Shown here: positions 12,387 through 27,440 of the stretch, one piece after another
Layout of the letters: every line of letters starts with the position of its first letter
How positions within the stretch are numbered: the first letter of the stretch is position 1
NCBI GenBank assembly: GCA_965112735.1
Contig: OZ218959.1
Span: 2,728,001 to 2,792,000, forward strand
DNA length: 64,000 nt
Source: Phaeosaccion multiseriatum
Taxonomy: Eukaryota; Protista; Ochrophyta, other classes
Direction: 5' to 3'
Notes under the pieces: generated by a model
What the model was told of the DNA's origin: nothing
What the model saw: the letters and a program-made list of their open reading frames with translations, nothing else
Database searches by the model: none
Translations under genes and position numbers: made by a program

Positions 12387-15300
12387 ATGGACAAGCCATG
12401 GAGGAGGGATAAGGCCGCTGCTGCTACCGCGTCTGGACGACGGCCGCCGTCAGCAGGCGGCTGGAGAACCGTCGATAGTGCTGAAGGAGGTGCAGCTGGA
12501 ATAGGGGGTGGAGGCGTAAAGGGTCTCGCGATGGCCTTCAGAAAGGGGAGAGGCACCGGGCACCTCGTCCTCTCCTCCAGAGAACTTGAGGCTGTCCCAC
12601 CGGAGGTATGTGCACCCATGGATCGGTAGAGGGACAGCGGTCATTCAAATCTTTTCTGCCCTTTCATGCTACACTCAATTTCCCTCCTCCCCAGGTCTTT
12701 GCTCTCGCAGATTTCTGCGAGGAGGGGGAAAAGGTGTGGGAAGTGGTCCGCACAACGCGCCTCGACCTTGCTTACAACAACCTCGCTTACCTCCCGGGCG
12801 CCATCGGTCAGCTGGACCAGCTGGTCAGCCTCAACTTGCGTGACAATAAGCTCACGGATCTACCACCAGAGCTGTTCGGCCTAGAGACGCTCGCTTCCCT
12901 CGACGTGAGCAACAACTTGCTCCTCTCCCTGCCGGAGGAGTTGGGCCGGGCGGATGGCCTCCGGAATCTGCAAGTCAGCGGCAACAGGTGGGGTAGGGTG
13001 GGTGCGTGTGGGTGTGTGCGTGCCAGGGACAGATACTCTGCCGGAGCAGGAGTGTGAAGGGCGAGGATCAGAGAGGATTCTGTTTCAGGGCACTTCCACC
13101 CTACTCTGTTGCCACATAGGAGGGAGGGAAATTGGTTTCTCCTGTTATGAAATTCCTCTCTATTTTTATGCCGTTCCTCCCCCCCCCCCTCTGCGTACCG
13201 CCCTTTTGCAACTTCAAATACAGGCTTCAAGAGATCCCAGCCAGCCTCGTCCATTTGGGGCAGCTGGAAACCCTGGAGGCCAATGAAAACCAAATCCAAA
13301 CACTGCCAGAGGGCTTCGGCAGGCAAGTTGGAGGGGGGAGGAGGAATGAGGAATGCGAAGGGAGAGCGAATGGAGGCGCTGAGGCAGCAAGACACGTCAA
13401 TAAAGGGCAGGGAAAGTGCTTGCGGGGCGAATGTGTCAAAGTACTGCTTGCTCCACACGCTGGAGCTCACCCTACCTCATCTCACCTCGCCTACTGTAGC
13501 CTGACACTCTTCTTCTTCTGTCTGCTGCTGCAATGGGTCATTTACCCATGCCCTGACCTGCCGTTCTATCAATGCCCTCGCCTACTTAGCCTGAGGAGAC
13601 TCCGCTCATTGAATCTGAAGTCGAACAAGATCAGAGCTCTCCCCCCTTCGTTCCAACATGTGAGTGGGTGGGTGAGTGAGTGACGAGTTTGACAGCTGTC
13701 GTCATGATGTGTCGCCATGGTTGGCTCCTTGCGCCTCCCCTCCTTGTCCAAAAGGCGTATGCCCTGTCCGGGTTCGGCCCTCATCACCCCCTCTCCTTCT
13801 CCTCCTCCCCTCCCCCCCCCCTCCTCCTCCTCCTCCTCCTCCTCCTCCTCCTCCTCCTCCTCCTCCTCCTCCTCCTCCTCCTCCTTGTTATTCTCCTTCT
13901 CCCTCTCCTCCAGCTCGTTGACCTGCGCATGCTGGACCTAAGCAAGAACCTGCTGGCAGATGCCCCCCCGGGCCTGGAGCTCATGACCTCACTGACTGTG
14001 CTGGACTTGCGTGAAAATGCCCTCACGCGATTCCCCCAACTACCCGCAGCCCCAGGCCTCGCTCAGGTACTGTGTGAGTGTGTGTGTGTGCGCGCGCGTG
14101 TGAGTGTGTGTGCATGTGTGTGTATGTGTCTATGTGTGTGCGCGCCATGTGTATGTACGTGTGTGTGTGTCATGTGTGTGTATGCGCGCGAGTGCGTGTG
14201 CGTGTGCATGTACGTGTGTGTGTGCGTGTGTGTATATGTGCTCGCGCATCTGCATGTGCGTGTGTGTATGTGTCGACCAACTTTCAGGTCTGGAGACCCC
14301 ACCTATTCATACGTTCATGACCCTCCTCCCTGGCTGGCTGGCAGGTGCTCTTATCTTTCAACAAGCTCTCGGCAGTGGATGGAGCCTCTCTCCTTCGAAT
14401 CGCTCCAAGCTGCACCGACTTGCACCTGAAGGGCAATGTCCTCAAGTGCTTGCCGGATGAGGTGAGACAAAAGTGGGGAGGAGAAGAAGGAGAGAGGAAA
14501 GGAACTTATCACTGCAAGAATCACTCAATCTCTCATGTCGATATTATATGTACATAGACACAACAGTGCGCACGCACGCACACACACATGCACACATGAT
14601 GCATACCTCACCCCACCCCCTCCCTCCTCAGTTTTCAGTTTTCAGTTTATGTGAGCTTATCACTCTCGAACACCATGAATGGAGCCGACATCGAAGCTTC
14701 TGTGCCCCCCTCCTCACTCCTCCGCCCTCTCCTCGGCTGCCATCTCCAATCTCCAATCTCCCAAAGATGGGTGCTCTCATCCACCTCAAGACCCTCGACG
14801 CCTCAGACAACGATCTCTCCGATCTCAGCCCCTCTCTGGGCTATCTTCCTTCCCTCACTCGACTGCTACTCGAGGGAAACGCGCTCAGGACGTTGCGTCG
14901 CAGCCTGGTGTCAGGGCCTACAAGAGAGCTTAAGGCCTACCTGCGCACGAGGGGGCCGCCCCCGCCCTATGAAGGGGTCTTGCCTGAGGAGGGCGAGGAG
15001 GGGGCGCAGAGGGGCAGCAGAGGGGAGGGCGGCGGCGAGGGGGGCGGCAACCCGGTCATTGAAGGGGCTATGCTGGACGCCGTGGGACGAGGAGAGTAAG
15101 TGAGACCTGATACCTGATACCACCTGGCACCTGACACCTGATACCACCTGGCACTTGGCACCTGACGACTGGGCTTGAGTGGGGTGGACTTGTGGGTGTG
15201 TGTGTGTCGGGGGGGGGGGGGGGTTGTGGCTTCGTCTTTACTGTGTGTGCTCTCTGACGGAGGCCACCCGCCCGCCCTCCTCCTCCTCCTCCTCCTCCTC

Positions 15301-18300
15301 CTCCTCCTCCTCCTCCTCCTCCTCCTCCTCCTCCTCCTCCTCCTCCTCCTCCTCCTCCTCCTCCTCCTCCTCCTCCTCCTCCTCCTCCTCCCTGCAGGCT
15401 GTCACTGGTTGGAGCGGGCCTGAGCAGCCTGCCCCCTTCGCTGTTTGTGGACGAGCGCCTGTTGGCCACAGTCTGCAAGCTCAAACTGGCCCGCAACAAG
15501 CTGCAGGAGCTGCCTGAAGAAGTGGTGCGTCTCGTTTATTTTTGCATTACATTCATACATCCACGAGGGTGTATCAAACTCACCCATCGATGAATGAGTC
15601 TCTCTCTGTCTCTCTCCCTCTCTCTCTGGGATGTGTGGGTTGGTGTGAACCGGTGCGGTGCAGTGCTGCAAGCTCTTGTTGTGTACCCCAGAACCTCCTG
15701 CTCATGCAACCCCCCGAGGCTTTTCTTGTCATCTCCCTAACACTAACCCAATCGACAAACACGCAATCACCCCATCCAACTCCTCGAAGAACAGGCTCGA
15801 TATCGAAGTCTACTGGAGCTGGACTGCTCTCAGAACGTTCTCGGCTCGAACCCACTTCCCGCTGCGCTCGTTGACATGGGCCTCTCTACCCTCATCTTGG
15901 CCAGAAACAAGCTCACGCTGGGTGAGTGGGTGGATGTGTGTGTGTGTGTGCCGTGCCGCTACTGCTGCTCCTGCTCCTGCCGCCACTGGTGCTGCCGCCG
16001 TTGCCATATGCTGCGTCCAGCCTGTGGTTGTGTGTTTGCTGTATGTCGTCGATAGCTGTCCGTGTCCCCTTCCCCTTTCCCCTTCTCTTCCTTCCTTGCA
16101 TGCTCCTCAATCACCAAGACGAAAATGCACACCGAAAAAGAGCCCCATCTCTACCCAGAGCCCGCCCCCTCTGTTGCCCTCCTACCTGCTTGCCTGCAAT
16201 ACACCTCCCACCCCACCTTACTGCTCTCTTTCTGTTGGTGCTCGGTTTGTCCTCACACCGACTCCCTCGCTGCTCCTCCTCCTCCTCCTCCTCCTCCTCC
16301 TCCTCCTCCTCCTCCTCCTCCTCCTCCTCCTCCTGCTCCTCCTCCTGCTCCTCCTCCTCCTCCTCCTCCTCCTCCTCCTCCTCCTCCTCCTCCTCCTGCT
16401 CCTCCTCCTCCTCCTGCTCCTGCTCCTGCTCCTCCTCCTCCTGCTCCTCCTCCTCCTGCTCCTCCTCCTCCTCCTCCTCCTCCTCCTCCTCCTCCTCCTC
16501 ACCCACCACCTCGCACCTCGTTCTCTCGCTGTTTTGGACTGCTGTTACAGGTGCCTTCGAGTCCATCGACGCCAATCTCACATTCGGTTCGTGCCAGTCG
16601 TCGCCGGCTCCACACTACGCACACACACAGTCTCTCTCTCTCTCTTTCACACACACACACACGCACTCGCTGTTCCTTCCGCTCTCGCCCAACCTTGCAT
16701 CTCGTATGCGGCGCCTCTTCAATGATTGACCTGACGCTTTCCCATCTCCCCTCTCTCTGTTCCTCCCTCCCTGCCTCCTCCTCCTCCTCCTCCTCCTCCT
16801 CCTCCTCCTCCTCCTCCTCCTCCTCCTCCTCCTCCTCCTCCACACGCCCAGGCTGGGCCGGGACTCTGAAGCACCTTGACCTCCGTGCCAACTCCCTCAT
16901 TGATGTCCCCGAGGCCGTGTTCGAGTGCCGAGGGCTCCACACCCTCGTGCTGTCCTTCAATGACCTCAAGGGCGTGGGCCACTTGCCTTGGACGGCGCTC
17001 ACGGCACTGGATACGCTCGACCTCTCCGACAACAGCATTCAGGCGGTGGGTGACGCTACTTCTTTCCTTAGAACTACGTGGTATTATTTTTTCTATCCAT
17101 TGCTTTCCCCAGCTATCTATCCATCTTCTCTCTCCCTCTCTCTCTCCCCCGATGTACCTACCTTTTCTCCCTCTCTGTATGGAGTGGTGGTGTCGACGAC
17201 GCGTTTCGAGCGTCGAGGCCGAGAGAGATGCAGAGGCAGACGTGTACCGCCCCGCATTCTCCTCGCTTCTCGCATGAAGGTTACATACACTTTTGCATGT
17301 TTCCTTCCTTCACTCCCTCCCTCTCCCCTCCCCCCTCCCCTCCCGCACAGCCGCTTGGTGACCTCTGCCTGATGTCATCTCTTAAACATCTCTCTCTGGA
17401 CAATAACGACATTTCCTCCATCCCCGCTGAGCTCAGCCTTCTCAGCCGCTTGCAGGCATTGGGTTTGGCGGGAAACCCTCAGAAGGGCATCCGCACGAGG
17501 TAAGGTGTCTGCCTGTCCGTCTGTCTGTCTGTCTATCCGTCTGTCTATCCGTCTGTCTGTCTTTCTATCTGTCTGTTTGTCTGTCGGTCCGTCTATCTGT
17601 CCGTCCGTCTGTCTGTCATAAGTCTACTTCTTTTGGAGCCTGACTGACACCTTGTCCTACCTAACCTAACGTTAGGGGTAAGGGGAAGGTGGTGGGTAGG
17701 GGGGGCTAGCTTTGCTGTGACGGATCTTTCAGCATTTCATCCCATTGTTTTGGGAGACTGCCTCTCCCCCTCTCTGTCTCTCTCTCTTTATCATCTCTCT
17801 GCCTCTCTCTCGCTCCCTCTGTCTACCCCCCCTCCCCCCTCCTCTTCATCATCCTCCTCATCCTCCTCCTCCTCCCCCTCCTGTCTTATCCCCCCTCCTT
17901 CTGTCTCTCTTCTCTCTCTCTCTTCTCTCTCTCTCTCTCTCCCTCGCCTCCCTCCCTCCCCCTTGACAGTATCCTTCAACAAGGCACCGTCAAGGTACTG
18001 GCGTACCTCCGCGACCGCCTCCCCGCTAACTTCGAGCCCCCCCCCCCTCGGGTACCCGCCCCTCCCTCGAGACCGACACGGGAGGCTGCACCTCCTCGGT
18101 CTCCGAGTCGAGGTGGGGGTCAAGTGCATCCTGCCACGGAGGTTGAGACTGCTGCTGTTGCTGCTGCTGCTACCCCGGCCAAGGTACTTGGAGTAGTTGC
18201 AATGAAGAGAGACAGGTGCCTCTCAATGTAAACAAGCCGCCTCCGTCTTCGGTGCTGTGCTCGCCAAGCGAAGCTTCCGAACGAGGGCCTCTCAAAACCT

Positions 18301-18592
18301 CTTCCTCCTCCTCCTCCTCCTCCTCCTCCTCCTCCTCCTCCTCCTGCTCCTGCCTTGCTCTGTCCCATCCCTATGCCTCGTTGCTTCTGTACCGTCCCTC
18401 CCTCCCTGGACATGGCAGCTCACTGAACTAAACAAAGAGATCTCCCGCTTGGAGCAGGTCCTGGACGAAGGGCTCAGTCTGTCACAGGCCAAGAAGTACG
18501 CTCTGAAGAAGGAGCTGCAGATGAAAAGGGCCGCGAGGATCAGGGAGGAGAGGGCCATTAAGAGCGCAACCAACGGCGCGGGGGCCCGGTGA
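12387..18592 (+). CDS. LRRC40: Leucine-rich repeat protein, LRRC40-like, multi-exon (about 13 exons) with a C-terminal coiled-coil extension
   Basis: [33 protein letters not shown] at the N-terminus and many LxxLxLxxNxL repeats. Two LRRC40-type caps: [28 protein letters not shown] and [30 protein letters not shown]. Last exon 18419-18592. Confidence 0.8.
15278..15391. repeat. (CCT)n intronic microsatellite forming the polypyrimidine tract
   Basis: Run ends directly before the CTGCAG acceptor. Confidence 0.95.
16272..16500. repeat. (CCT)n/(CTG) compound intronic microsatellite
   Basis: Directly visible. Confidence 0.95.
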
Positions 18593-18898
18593 ATGCTCTG
18601 TCTGTCAAAGGGCAGGGAGGAGCATGGCACTTGACGGAGCAGGTAGAGCAGTAGGGAGTAGGGGCCGTCAGGGAATCAAGAGACTCGAGCTCTTGTTTCC
18701 CCCCCTCCCACCCCATCCTCGGTTGTACGTATACTCACAGATACACATCAGCGTGGACGCTGCGAGGCAACAACGCTGAGTGCTATCAATGAAAGAGAAG
18801 GCCAGAAAATCGATGCCAAAAAAAAATGAATACAGTTTGGAGACATGGAGGTGAAACTCAAACGGGAGAGGCCACCCCTATATTGTACACAGAGGAGA

Positions 18899-21834
<2,936 letters not shown>

Positions 21835-22324
21835 AAGAGCGAAAGGGATGGACCGAGGCCATATTGCTTAAGACGTGTGGGGCGATGCGGTATCGGAGCG
21901 AGGAGAAAGATATCGATGATGATGGTGCACAATGACAAAAAGGAGGAGGAGGGGTAAGAGGAGGAGGAGGAGGAGGAGGAGGAGGAGGAGGAGGAAGAGG
22001 AGTGCTCGTACAAAATATGCGCGGAGGTATTCTTGGGTGGCGCTCCACTGTGTGGTCACTACTCGCAGCTGTTGGACAGGAGAGGGATGCCTGTTATGCA
22101 AGCGGTTTCGAAGAGGCTGCGCTGGGTGTGTTTATGCGCCATTGAAGAGCCTCCACTTTGTTTATATTTGGTGGGGCGGGCGGTGTAGCTGGCGCGGCAC
22201 AAACAGCAAAGATTGGTGCGACACAAGGCACAAATTTCAAATTTCGGTTACAGAAATCTGAATTTTTATATATATATTGGACTATATGGACAGGATGAAG
22301 GAGTGGCGTGAGTGACGCCAAGCC

Positions 22325-23422
22325 ATGTCCGTGTGCGTGCTAGCGTGCCGCGATGAAGCGGCTGTGATCTTCGGCCGTGCTAGCCAGAGCGAAGGCGCAT
22401 GCGATGAAGCTACAGGCACTTGCTCGGGCTGTGGGGACGGATTCTATGACGAGAACATTGTGGGAGAGAGTGCTTGTGTGGCCAAGGCGTATCTGGATGT
22501 GCCCGAGATGGTGTTTCTGATCATCCATGCAGTCCACTTCGTCGATTTGATGTGCGTCCTCAGTAGGCATGTGTGGCGTCGAGGAGGAGTACAGGCAGTG
22601 CTACAGGAGACGAAGACGGGTGTAGCGCAAATCCGACTTCTGGGGGCAGTTCTTTGCGTCATTGTGACCATGACAGTGATGCTTAACTCAATCAGGAGGC
22701 TCTACAGGAGAACAGGGCCTCTGGACAACTCACTGGGCTGGTGCTTTGTTATGTTCACAATGTGGAGCGTTATAGTAACCTGGTGGCTGGTCGTTCGTCT
22801 CTGGCTTGCAGCCTTGCCGCGGAGCCTTCTGTCTCGCACGCCTCCCGTACTCCGGCTTCGGAACTATGTGGAGCGCTGGTTCTGGCACATCGGCGCTGCT
22901 ATGGCTTTTGTAGGGGCGTCTTCGTGCATTGTGATGTTTTTTTATCCAGGCTACTTCACCTTCTGGTTGCTCGCAGCTATGGCGCAGCCCGCTATTAGCT
23001 CAAATTGTGCGTTTGTTGCAGTTGCGACGAAGTGCTTGTTGGGCATGCTTAAGACCATGCCCTCGCTCTCGCCAGACTTACGCAGGATGAAGACGCAGTG
23101 TGGGGGTATGCTGTGTGTTGCTTGCGCTCTCTGGTTTGGAGCTCTGGCCTTCAATGCCATCAACCTCTTTGACCCGATGAAGACGTGGCTACTTCAGCGA
23201 CCCTCTCTTGGAATGGTGTCGGCTAGAATAATGATACTGACCGGGGAATTATCAGCGTTCTACTTGGTACTAAGAGGGCCATTCGCTCGAGGTTCTTCCC
23301 GCCCCACCACCAACCCCCCCAGTAATTTGATCAGTTCAGAGAAGCCAATGGCAGGTAGTGGACGGGTAAAGACTATGAAGGTTCATCCAGGGCCTCAGCA
23401 ATCGGCTGACTCACTGGCGTAG
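22325..23422 (+). CDS. Intronless seven-transmembrane receptor-like protein with an N-terminal Cys-rich EGF-like module, copy A
   Basis: 365-aa ORF. N-terminus C..CDEATGTCSGCGDGFY..C, then seven hydrophobic segments separated by basic loops. About 89% identical (by eye) to copy B. Confidence 0.8.
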   Translation: MSVCVLACRDEAAVIFGRASQSEGACDEATGTCSGCGDGFYDENIVGESACVAKAYLDVPEMVFLIIHAVHFVDLMCVLSRHVWRRGGVQAVLQETKTGVAQIRLLGAVLCVIVTMTVMLNSIRRLYRRTGPLDNSLGWCFVMFTMWSVIVTWWLVVRLWLAALPRSLLSRTPPVLRLRNYVERWFWHIGAAMAFVGASSCIVMFFYPGYFTFWLLAAMAQPAISSNCAFVAVATKCLLGMLKTMPSLSPDLRRMKTQCGGMLCVACALWFGALAFNAINLFDPMKTWLLQRPSLGMVSARIMILTGELSAFYLVLRGPFARGSSRPTTNPPSNLISSEKPMAGSGRVKTMKVHPGPQQSADSLA

Positions 23423-25399
23423 GCGTGCAGCTATGTGCGACGTCTACTTGAGAGAGATGTGTCGTCTTTCGCTCTTCATCCGGCCCTTGACTCTACCGCA
23501 CGGTGGTGTAGCATGTGGGTGGGGAGGGAGGAATGAGGAATGGCACGAGTCGTGCTTTTGCTACAGGATCAGTCTAGCAAAAGTGCGACTCTTAAGAGGA
23601 ATGTCCGATGCAAGTGGGGCAGGTAGGACGCGGAGGAGGAGGAGTCATCCGTTGGGCCATCATGGTGCGTGCTCCACACGAGACGAGTCAGCAGCTTGGG
23701 CAGGCGCAAACACAAAAAGGAAGAAAGAACAGGCTGGCTTGGAACCTCAAGTACGATACCTCCAATGCACTCGAGCTGATATCTAGTGCGCAATAGATAT
23801 CAGCCAGAATGCTTTGGACGGACTTGAGCTTAGCACGGGGCGGGTACTTGAAGCAGGGACCGATAAGTGCCTACACCCTCTCCTGGTGAGCAAAGACCGC
23901 CCAGCACTGGAGCCAGCGGGGAACATGGGAGAGTCCTCTCGTCACCAGCCTCCTCTGAGCAGGCTTTTGTGTGGACATGTACGCTGTACAATGAGGAAAC
24001 ACCGAAGGGGAGAATGTGTCTTAGTACAGACTTACACCACCCATTGTAGAGTACAGTGTGTAAGCAAGTTCAGTATAAGGCCCTGCAACACATCAAAAAC
24101 CTAGCAAATTGAAACTCTTGTTCCTTACGTAAGGGCCAGGAGGGTCTTACGTAAGGGTGTCTGTCTGCTATGATTTGGGCCTAGCCCCCCCCCCCCCCCC
24201 CCCCCCCCCCCCAAACGCCTCCATCGCCGAATCGAACAGTTTTTGTTTCGCGTCCTGGGTAGCGGTTGGCAAGGGGAGTGCAATGAGAACCTCATATATT
24301 TTTTTTAGTCGCACTGAACTAAGGGAAGGGGAGGGATTACTCTGCCTAGCACCATAAGAGAGATCTCGGGGTGTAAAGACAGACAATTGGTATTCGCCCT
24401 TGCTGAAATGGATAGGGCTTATAGAAGACGTTGAGGGTGGAAATGTAATCCACTAATCCACCACTACTTGGGACGTGGTAGAGAAACACTCAGTTCGACT
24501 TCGTACTGTCTGGAGATGGAGGGGGGGGGAGGGTGGACTTGGTTAACAAGCCAGGCACCCAACACCCTTACGTACTCGACTACGAAAGCATATATGCAGG
24601 GGAATATGGGCCCCATTTTGAACTGCTCTGGGGACCCGCCTCCTCCCGCAAAGTCATGGCTACTGCTGCCGCTACAGGGACTGCAGGGACGCAATGGCCG
24701 GAGAAGTTGGTCTGCTGCTAGGGGGTGATGCCCTTTCTCGAGGGGGGGAGGGAGGGAGGGAGGGGAGGGAGGGGAAGGAGGGAGGGAGGGAGGGAGGGAG
24801 GGGACCGGAGGGAGGGAGGGGGCCTTCGACGAGAGACACTAAGTTAGCAGGGTAGAGGGAGCCTCTGAGAAACTGGCCTCACCTACATGGTCATCTCCAG
24901 AGCCACCAACACCGACTGTATTGGCATCTATGGGGGTCTCACAGAGGAGCGGCTCCGAAGTGTTATTGATGGGAGGGCGAGAGACAAACGCAGCGGCTTC
25001 GGGGGCTTCAGGAGCGGACGCTTGAGAGGGTCAGACGGAGGAGGGTAGTGCAACCAGTGGTGCAACCACAGTAGTAGGAGGGTAGTAAGTGTGAGGGACG
25101 TGTGTCGGCGAGGGTGTGTGTGAGTGTCTGTGCGTGTGTGTGCGTGTGTCTGTGTGCGCGTCTGGTGTGCTGTTGCCGTCCGTCGAGTCTGCCCCGGGGT
25201 TTAATAGGGGTCAGGACTCCCGCAGCCGTCATAGCGGTGCCGGCGGTCTAAAACATTTAGGGTGACGGTCTACGAGAGACCCTTACAATAGGCTAATAGG
25301 AGACCTACTTCCCCCCCGGGTAAAGGACATACAAGTAACGGTTTCAGAAAGGGAGAAAGAAACATTAGAGGGAACCAAAGAGAGTGGCGTTGGCGTGCC

Positions 25400-26485
25400 A
25401 TGTCCGCGTGCGTGCTGGCGTGCCGCGATGAAGCGGCTGTGATCTTCGGCCGTGCTAGCGAGAGCGAAGGCGTATGCGATGAAGCTACAGGCACTTGCTC
25501 GGGCTGTGGGGACGGATTTTATGACGAGAACATTGTGGGAGAGAGTGCTTGTGTGGCCAAGGCGTATCTGGATGTGCCCGAGATGGTGTTTCTGATCATC
25601 CATGCAGTTCACTTCGTCGATTTGATGTGCATCCTCAGTAGGCATGTGTGGCGTAGAGGAGGAGTACAGGCAGTGCTACAGGAGACGAAGACGGGTGTAG
25701 CCCAAGCCCGACTTCTGGGGGCAGTTCTTTGCGTCATTATGACCATGGCAGCGATGCTTAACTCAATCGGGAGGCTCTACAGGAGAACAGGGCCTCTGGA
25801 CAACTCACTGGGCTGGTGCTTTGTTGTACTCACAATGTGGAGCGTTACAGTAACCTGGTGGCTGATCGTTCGTCTCTGGCTTGCAGCGTTGCCGCGGAGC
25901 CTTCTGTCTCGCACGCCTCCCGTACTCCGACTTCGGAGCTATGTGGAGCGCTGGTTCTGGCACATCGGCGCTGCTATGGCTTTTGCAGGGGCGTCTTCGT
26001 GCATTGCGATGTTTTTTCATCCAGGCTACTTCACCTTCTGGTTGCTCGCAGCTATGGGGCAGCCCGCTATTACCGTAAATTGTGGGATTGTAGCAGTTGC
26101 GACGAAGTGCTTGTTGGGCATGCTTAAGACAATGCCCTCGCTCTCGCCAGACTTACGCAGGATGAAGACGCAGTGTCGGTACATGCTGTGTCTTGCGTGC
26201 GGTCTCTGGTTTGGAGCTGTGGCCTTCAATGCCATCAACCTCGTTGACCCGATGAAGACGTGGCTACTTCAGCGACCCTCTATTGGAATGGTGAAGTTTA
26301 GAGCAATGATAATGTCCGGGGAATTTTCAGCATTCTACTTGGTACTAAGAGGGCCATTCGCTCGAGGTTCTTCGGGCCCCACCGCCACCCCCCGCAGTAA
26401 TTTCAACATCATGGCAGGTAGCCGAGCATCGAAGTCTACTAAGGAGTCTACTAAGGTTCATCCAGGGCCTCAGCAATCTGCTTAA
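25400..26485 (+). CDS. Intronless seven-transmembrane receptor-like protein with an N-terminal Cys-rich EGF-like module, copy B
   Basis: 361-aa intact ORF paralogous to 22325-23422. Confidence 0.8.
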   Translation: MSACVLACRDEAAVIFGRASESEGVCDEATGTCSGCGDGFYDENIVGESACVAKAYLDVPEMVFLIIHAVHFVDLMCILSRHVWRRGGVQAVLQETKTGVAQARLLGAVLCVIMTMAAMLNSIGRLYRRTGPLDNSLGWCFVVLTMWSVTVTWWLIVRLWLAALPRSLLSRTPPVLRLRSYVERWFWHIGAAMAFAGASSCIAMFFHPGYFTFWLLAAMGQPAITVNCGIVAVATKCLLGMLKTMPSLSPDLRRMKTQCRYMLCLACGLWFGAVAFNAINLVDPMKTWLLQRPSIGMVKFRAMIMSGEFSAFYLVLRGPFARGSSGPTATPRSNFNIMAGSRASKSTKESTKVHPGPQQSA

Positions 26486-27018
26486 CCACTGGCGTAGGCG
26501 TGGAGCTATGTACGACGTCTACTTGAGAGAGATGTGTCGTCTTTCTCTCTTCATCCGGCCCCTTACGTATTCGACTACGAAAGCATATATGCAGGGGAAT
26601 ATGGGCCCCATTTTGAACTGCTCTGGCTGGGGACCCGCCTCCTCCCTCAAAGTCATGGGCTACTGATGAAGATGCCCGTTCTCCGTCGCTGGATGTAGAT
26701 GATGCGAAGGAGAGGAAGGCAGATAGAGATAGTGCGTGTATGCGTCAGTCAGCAGCCGTACAAGACTGGCAAGGACTGGGGCAATACGAAGCGGCAGCGG
26801 TCAGTTGACGGCGTGCAGCAATGGGGAGCTTGATGCTCGTGAGACGCTAGTGGCCGTGGCAAACGACAAACAGAGAGCATCCATTTTCGTCATTCTGTCG
26901 GAACCCTGTAGTTCACAGTTGGCTTGGTACTTCCAACAGCTACTGCTGCCACTACAGGGACTGCAGGGCCGCAATGGCCGGAGAAGTTGATCTGCTAGGG
27001 GATGATGCCCTTTCTCGA

Positions 27019-27440
27019 GGGAGGGAGGGAGGTGGAGGGAGGGAGGGAGGTGGAGGGAGGGAGAGAGGGAGAGAGGGAGGGAGGGAGGGAGGGAGGTGGA
27101 GGGAGGGAGAGGGAGGGAGAGGGAGGGAGGGAGGGAGGGAGGGAGGGAGGGAGAGGGAGGGAGGGAGGGAGGGAGGGAGGGAGGGAGGGAGGGAGGGAGG
27201 GAGGGAGGGAGGGAGGGAGGGAGGGAGGGAGGGAGGGAGGGAGGGAGGGAGGGAGGGAGGGAGGGAGGGAGGGAGGGAGGGAGGGGAGGGAGGGAGGGAG
27301 GGAGGGAGGGAGGGAGGGAGGGAGGGAGGGAGGGAGGGAGGGAGGGAGGGAGGGAGGGAGGGAGGGAGGGAGGGAGGGAGGGAGGGAGGGAGGGAGGGAG
27401 GGAGGGAGGGAGGGAGGGAGGGAGGGAGGGAGGGAGGGAG
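27019..27440. repeat. (GGGA)n microsatellite, ~420 bp
   Basis: Directly visible; the paralogous tract at ~24741-24822 is much shorter. Confidence 0.95.

Noticed and set aside
18037-18047. Possible frameshift at the poly-C run in the LRR gene
   Set aside because: With 11 Cs the frame stays open to an in-phase donor at ~18184.
24850-25380. Possible retroelement LTR or promoter on the minus strand
   Set aside because: No second copy, primer-binding site or RT/gag similarity visible in the window.
22325-26485. Rhodopsin identity for the 7TM pair
   Set aside because: No retinal-binding Lys shared by both copies in helix 7 and no microbial-rhodopsin motifs.
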